A DNA stretch of 45,752 nucleotides from a virus. The notes below the pieces were generated by a model that saw only the letters and a program-made list of their open reading frames with translations, ran no database searches and was not told the origin of the DNA. This document shows, in pieces, positions 42,215-45,752 of this stretch. Both the position numbers and the translations under genes were made by a program. The DNA is taken from the IMG/VR virus record IMGVR_UViG_3300030613_000004; one strand, written 5' to 3'. How positions within the stretch are numbered: the first letter of the stretch is position 1; each line of letters begins with the position of its first letter.

Positions 42215-43068
42215 GCGATAGCGACCTCCACCTGACCTGCCTGCGATGTGGCGCTCCTGCGGCGCTTGGTCCCTACGGTGAAGGCGAGCACCACGAGCCT
42301 ATAGGGCGTTCGTCTAAGGGCGCTGGTGGCACGTCCGACGCCGTGACGGAGCACCTCATGTTGCCCTTCTGCCGTAAATGCCACCGCGACCGGCACCTCA
42401 AGGAGTTCACTGTGGAGCGCATCGGCGACGGTAAGGTAAAGATCACCGAGCGCAACGGCAAGGTGAGCATTGCGGCGCGACCCGATCCCATGACGGAGAC
42501 GGAGGTGGGGGAGTTCGCGCTGGCCTACCCCTACAACCAGGGCGGGGCTATGACCCTACGGGATGCCGCCCAGCGTCTACCCTACTGCGAGGACCGCGTG
42601 CTGGCCGACCTGTGGCACTGCGGGTCTATCCGCCAAGACGAGGGGAAGGCCCTGGAGGCGTTGGCTGCGAGGGCGTTCAGGATGCGCTACGCCCAGTACG
42701 GCCAGGACTGGTATGGGAAGGCGGCGCGGTACATCGGGGACGAGACGGGGGCGCAGGTATCGGCGGCGACGGTGTACGACCGCTACGCCTTGGCTATCGC
42801 CCTCGACGCCTGTGAGTGGGACTTGAATATGCTGCGTCATGTTGGCCCTGCGGCCCTCTCAGCGGCGGGGAAAGTGTGCAACGTGCCGGCGGCAGTGGAG
42901 AAGGTGAGGGAGTGGCGCGAGGACGAGCACCTATGCTCGCGGGAAGCGATCCACCTGGTACGCAAACATTTTCAGACGGATGAAGATTCCCGTGAGCCGC
43001 TGCCGGCGGAACAGTGGGACCCGTGCGCTGCCTGCGGGGGCACGGGAAGGATCAGGAGGGCGACGTGA
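42211..43068 (+). CDS. HNH-motif protein
   Basis: CLRCG...EHHEP...FCRKCHRDRH fits C-x2-C...HH...C-x2-C-H. The C-terminal 180 aa are unassigned. Confidence 0.55.
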   Translation: MSDSDLHLTCLRCGAPAALGPYGEGEHHEPIGRSSKGAGGTSDAVTEHLMLPFCRKCHRDRHLKEFTVERIGDGKVKITERNGKVSIAARPDPMTETEVGEFALAYPYNQGGAMTLRDAAQRLPYCEDRVLADLWHCGSIRQDEGKALEALAARAFRMRYAQYGQDWYGKAARYIGDETGAQVSAATVYDRYALAIALDACEWDLNMLRHVGPAALSAAGKVCNVPAAVEKVREWREDEHLCSREAIHLVRKHFQTDEDSREPLPAEQWDPCAACGGTGRIRRAT

Positions 43069-43340
43069 GGATAAAGGTTGACAGGGATGGCAGGGAACTG
43101 TCGTTCATTATTCCACCCCTACGACAGATTTCCCCTGGTCGCCGACAACTCAAGAGCCGCCTTCTCGGCGTGGCAGCAGGCAAAGCCGGTATCGCTATTA
43201 CGCTGACGAATCGAGTCCTCGTGACCCCATTGGAGTTGTGGGAAATCGGGGAGCGTATGAAGGCTCTGGCTGAGCGTGTAGAGCCAGCGGTTGGCCTCTT
43301 CGCTCCAGAGACGTTGCCAGAGGGCGAAACAGGAGACTGA
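43065..43340 (+). CDS. hypothetical protein
   Basis: AGGAGGG precedes GTG 43065. Confidence 0.5.
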   Translation: MRIKVDRDGRELSFIIPPLRQISPGRRQLKSRLLGVAAGKAGIAITLTNRVLVTPLELWEIGERMKALAERVEPAVGLFAPETLPEGETGD

Positions 43341-43344
43341 AGGC

Positions 43345-43509
43345 GTGACGCATCTACACTCGGCGCAGGTTTCCCGCTCGATACGCTGGCTCGTGGCTCT
43401 TGTAAACCTCCTCCCGCTTGAGTCGGGGAGTTGGACTGAGGCCGAACGGCAACGCTGGCTGACGTTGTGGACGACGGCGGTTGACTATCTGATTGAGGTG
43501 AAGGCGTGA
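43345..43509 (+). CDS. hypothetical 54-aa protein
   Basis: GTG start in ORF 43291..43509. Confidence 0.35.
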   Translation: MTHLHSAQVSRSIRWLVALVNLLPLESGSWTEAERQRWLTLWTTAVDYLIEVKA

Positions 43510-43713
43510 CTCGCGCTTCGCCTGGGGGACTGAAGAAGCTGTGACTCCCGAGTAGCCTGCGGTGCTCGGTGACAGCCAAGTGCAGGACAGTCCCCCTGGC
43601 GGTGGGTGAGGCCGAGGGTGGCCAGGTGCGGCCTGCTGTAAGTGGGCCGTGGGCTTGGAATCTGGTGCGGGAAGCTGCCGTAAGGCAGCGTGTAGGCCCC
43701 GCCCGCCGCACGT

Positions 43714-43758
43714 GCTGGGGCTCGGTTCTGAGCTACCAATCCAGGCCCGAGCCCCAGC
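43714..43758 (+). promoter_or_regulatory. 12-bp stem-loop immediately upstream of the DUF5131 SD
   Basis: GCTGGGGCTCGG (43714-43725) pairs with CCGAGCCCCAGC (43747-43758), with a 21-nt loop. GGAGGA follows at 43764-43769. Confidence 0.5.
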
Positions 43759-43773
43759 CGAATGGAGGAAGCG

Positions 43774-44622
43774 ATGAGTAAGTCGCCGCACGGCTACGAC
43801 ACGCGCTCCTGGAACCCCGTCACCGGCTGCTCGAAGGTGTCGGCCGGTTGCCGGTCATGTTGGGCAGAGGAGTACAGCCGCCGCATGGGCTGGCCGTGGA
43901 AGGTCACGCTGCACCCCGAACGGCTGGAGCAACCTTTCGGCTGGCCGAGTTCGCAAGTTGTAGCCCTCTGCTTCATGTCGGACATCTTCCACGAGGACAT
44001 CCCTTACGAATTTCAGGAGGGCGTCTGGCGGGTCATGATGATCGCCCAGCAGCACACGTTCTTGGCCCTCACGAAGCGCATCAAACCGCGAGTCGGCTAC
44101 GCGATGGATCACCCTATCTTCAGGCTCGTCCATGACTATGGCGTCCTGCCCAACGTCTTCTTGGGCGTCAGCGTCGAGAACCAGGCGACCGCCGACGAGC
44201 GCATACCGCTGCTGCTAGAGACGCCAGCGGCGCACAGGTGGGTGTCGGCAGAGCCGCTGCTGGGGCCTCTGAATTTGGAGGGGCCAGCCGATGGGCGCTG
44301 GCTTGTTCCCGATCACAACGCGCATTGGGAACGGGGCCACGTGGTCACTGTTGCTGACCTAGCGGCCGTTGCCGAGATCGCCAAGGCCTACTGTCGCAAA
44401 GAGGGATGGGCCGGTATCGATGGCGTCATCGTCGGTGGCGAATCGGGGGCTGGGCACCGCCCCATGGAGGTCGCCTGGGCGCAGAGCATCGTTGGCCAGT
44501 GCGACGCGGCGGGGGTGCCCGTGTACGTGAAGCAGGACAGCCACCGCTACCCAGGACGACAGGGCCGCATCCCTGACGCGCTGTGGACGAGGAAGCAAGT
44601 GCCGTGGGAGCCTGCGCTGTGA
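43774..44622 (+). CDS. DUF5131 (phage Gp37/Gp68 family) protein
   Basis: SWNPVTGCSKVSAGCRSCWAE is the family-typical W-N-P..GC...S.GC..C start (C-x6-C-x2-C). GGAGGA lies 4 nt before the ATG. Confidence 0.8.
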   Translation: MSKSPHGYDTRSWNPVTGCSKVSAGCRSCWAEEYSRRMGWPWKVTLHPERLEQPFGWPSSQVVALCFMSDIFHEDIPYEFQEGVWRVMMIAQQHTFLALTKRIKPRVGYAMDHPIFRLVHDYGVLPNVFLGVSVENQATADERIPLLLETPAAHRWVSAEPLLGPLNLEGPADGRWLVPDHNAHWERGHVVTVADLAAVAEIAKAYCRKEGWAGIDGVIVGGESGAGHRPMEVAWAQSIVGQCDAAGVPVYVKQDSHRYPGRQGRIPDALWTRKQVPWEPAL

Positions 44623-44882
44623 CCCGCCGACCGGTCGAAGTCTGGCCGCCCGCAGCCTACATCGATGAGGAACTGGCGGAGCGCGCAACAACACGCTACG
44701 ACATGCTAGAGGCAATCGGCTTGCCCAACCGGTGTCATGTTCTGGCTGTATTGGAAGGCCAACTAATGAGTGAGCGGGCCGCCCGTGAGTTGGCCCGTTT
44801 TTTTGGCACCAGTGTCGCCCTCTGGCGCAGCCTCGATGTTGTCTGGTGGGAGTTGCGGCGGAAGCGAGCGGAGAAGCCATGA
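44619..44882 (+). CDS. HigA/VapI-like XRE HTH protein
   Basis: GTGA overlap with DUF5131. IDEELAE...LEAIGLPNRCHVLAVLEGQLMSERAARELARFFGTSVALWRSL fits the HigA antidote pattern. Confidence 0.65.
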   Translation: MTRRPVEVWPPAAYIDEELAERATTRYDMLEAIGLPNRCHVLAVLEGQLMSERAARELARFFGTSVALWRSLDVVWWELRRKRAEKP

Positions 44883-45250
44883 CCGGCTGCACCCCGTTCA
44901 ACGAAGCAGAGACCTTGATGGGGGTCCACCTCCGGGAACTCGGCCTCCCTTACCAGCAGCACTACCGCTACGTGCCGGGCCGGAAGTTCGAGGCCGACTT
45001 CGCTGTCTGGTGGGCCACCTATGAGCAAGTACCAACGCATACGGTTGACCGTCGCTTCGCCCTCATCGAGGTGCAAGGCGGCGTGTACAGTCACCAGGCC
45101 CACGGGAGCATCACCGGCATCCTCAAGGACAACGAGAGATTATTCGAGGCATTCAAGGCAGGCTGGCCGATGATCCGCTTCACCCCAGACCAGGTGAAGT
45201 CGGGTGAGGCCAAGGCGATGATAGCCGCCGCACTCGGGCGCGAGCCATGA
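44879..45250 (+). CDS. small PD-(D/E)XK-like (DUF559/Vsr-like fold) nuclease
   Basis: ATGA overlaps on both sides. E..L...L..LGLPY....YVPGRKFEADFAV...ALIEVQGG...H.S..G..KD.E....A..GW.MIRFT. Confidence 0.55.
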   Translation: MTGCTPFNEAETLMGVHLRELGLPYQQHYRYVPGRKFEADFAVWWATYEQVPTHTVDRRFALIEVQGGVYSHQAHGSITGILKDNERLFEAFKAGWPMIRFTPDQVKSGEAKAMIAAALGREP

Positions 45251-45752
45251 CCCTGCACACGCCCCCGCTGTTCGGCTCGCTCTTCTCGGGCATAGGCGGC
45301 TTCGACCTTGGGCTGGAGCGGGCAGGATGGGAATGTAGGTGGCAAGTTGAAATCGACCCCTGGCGAAGACAAGTCCTTGCCCGACACTGGCCCGACGTGC
45401 CCCGATGGGGAGACGTGCGAACCTTTCCGAACACTGCGGGCACAGAGCCACCAAGACCCGTTCAACGAGGACTTGGTGTTGATCTCATCTGCGGCGGCTT
45501 CCCCTGCCAGGACCTCAGCGTCGCCGGCAAGCGGGCCGGACTTGCGGGGGAACGCAGCGGCCTCTTCTTCGAGTTCGCCCGCATCGCGCAGGAACTTCGG
45601 CCGACGTGGCTCCTCATCGAGAACGTTCCAGGGCTCCTTACTGCCTCTAAAGGACACGATTTCGCTGTCGTCGTGGATACGCTGGCCGACATCGGGTTCG
45701 GCCTGGCGTGGCGCATACTCGACTCTCAATACTTCGGAGTCCCACAGAGGCG
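45247..45752 (+). CDS. DNA (cytosine-5)-methyltransferase, N-terminal part; continues at 128..818 across the circular junction
   Basis: ATG 45247 overlaps the upstream stop (ATGA). Translation contains FSGIGGF (motif I), GGFPCQDLS (motif IV, catalytic Cys) and ENVPGL (motif VI). It is in frame with ORF 48..818. Confidence 0.9.
   Translation, partial: MTLHTPPLFGSLFSGIGGFDLGLERAGWECRWQVEIDPWRRQVLARHWPDVPRWGDVRTFPNTAGTEPPRPVQRGLGVDLICGGFPCQDLSVAGKRAGLAGERSGLFFEFARIAQELRPTWLLIENVPGLLTASKGHDFAVVVDTLADIGFGLAWRILDSQYFGVPQR
45626..45752. repeat. Terminal direct repeat, copy 2 (identical to 1..127)
   Basis: Direct comparison of the two window ends. Confidence 0.95.

Noticed and set aside
43569-43781. 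70-aa ORF in the structured spacer upstream of DUF5131.
   Set aside because: It has no SD, an implausible sequence and coincides with multiple stable stems. Its third-position GC (~70%) is not decisive in this genome.

Overview
The first 127 bases are identical to the last 127 (1..127 = 45626..45752), so the window closes into a 45,625-bp circle. It looks like a complete, GC-rich genome of a tailed dsDNA phage. I found no tRNA, rRNA, CRISPR array or reverse transcriptase.

Layout, read as a circle:
1. Rightward early, replication and DNA-modification operon, 39144 -> end -> 1 -> 5345. Most starts and stops overlap (ATGA/GTGA). It encodes an excisionase-type HTH, an FtsK-gamma-like winged helix, many small Cys-cluster proteins, an HNH-motif protein, a DUF5131 (Gp37/Gp68) protein, a HigA-like HTH, a small PD-(D/E)XK-like nuclease, a C5 cytosine methyltransferase that spans the junction, a DUF3987-like P-loop protein, an Rpf-like transglycosylase domain and an XRE regulator.
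2. Leftward cassette, 7563 -> 5310, ending in an N-terminally truncated Xer-like tyrosine recombinase.
3. Rightward late block, 7792..38787: terS-like HTH, a free-standing LAGLIDADG endonuclease, terL, portal, a 1451-aa protein, an SLT-like virion protein, scaffold, capsid, tandem jelly-roll-like paralogues, tail and fibre genes with internal tandem repeats, two membrane proteins and a GH25-like endolysin.

No tape-measure-like gene is evident, which suggests a podovirus-like tail. That is an inference only.

Most notable observations:
- At four loci a recognisable domain sits in a different frame from the long ORF: the methyltransferase, the Xer-like recombinase, the Rpf-like domain and the FtsK-gamma-like domain.
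- An Xer-like recombinase lacking its core-binding domain coexists with a stand-alone FtsK-gamma-like module.
- DUF5131, HigA-like HTH, nuclease and C5-MTase genes form a translationally coupled cassette.
- Operon-first genes have promoter-like elements directly against their start codons (leaderless geometry).
- Two late promoter-like sites share an identical 14-mer.

All family assignments come from motif recognition by eye, not from database searches.
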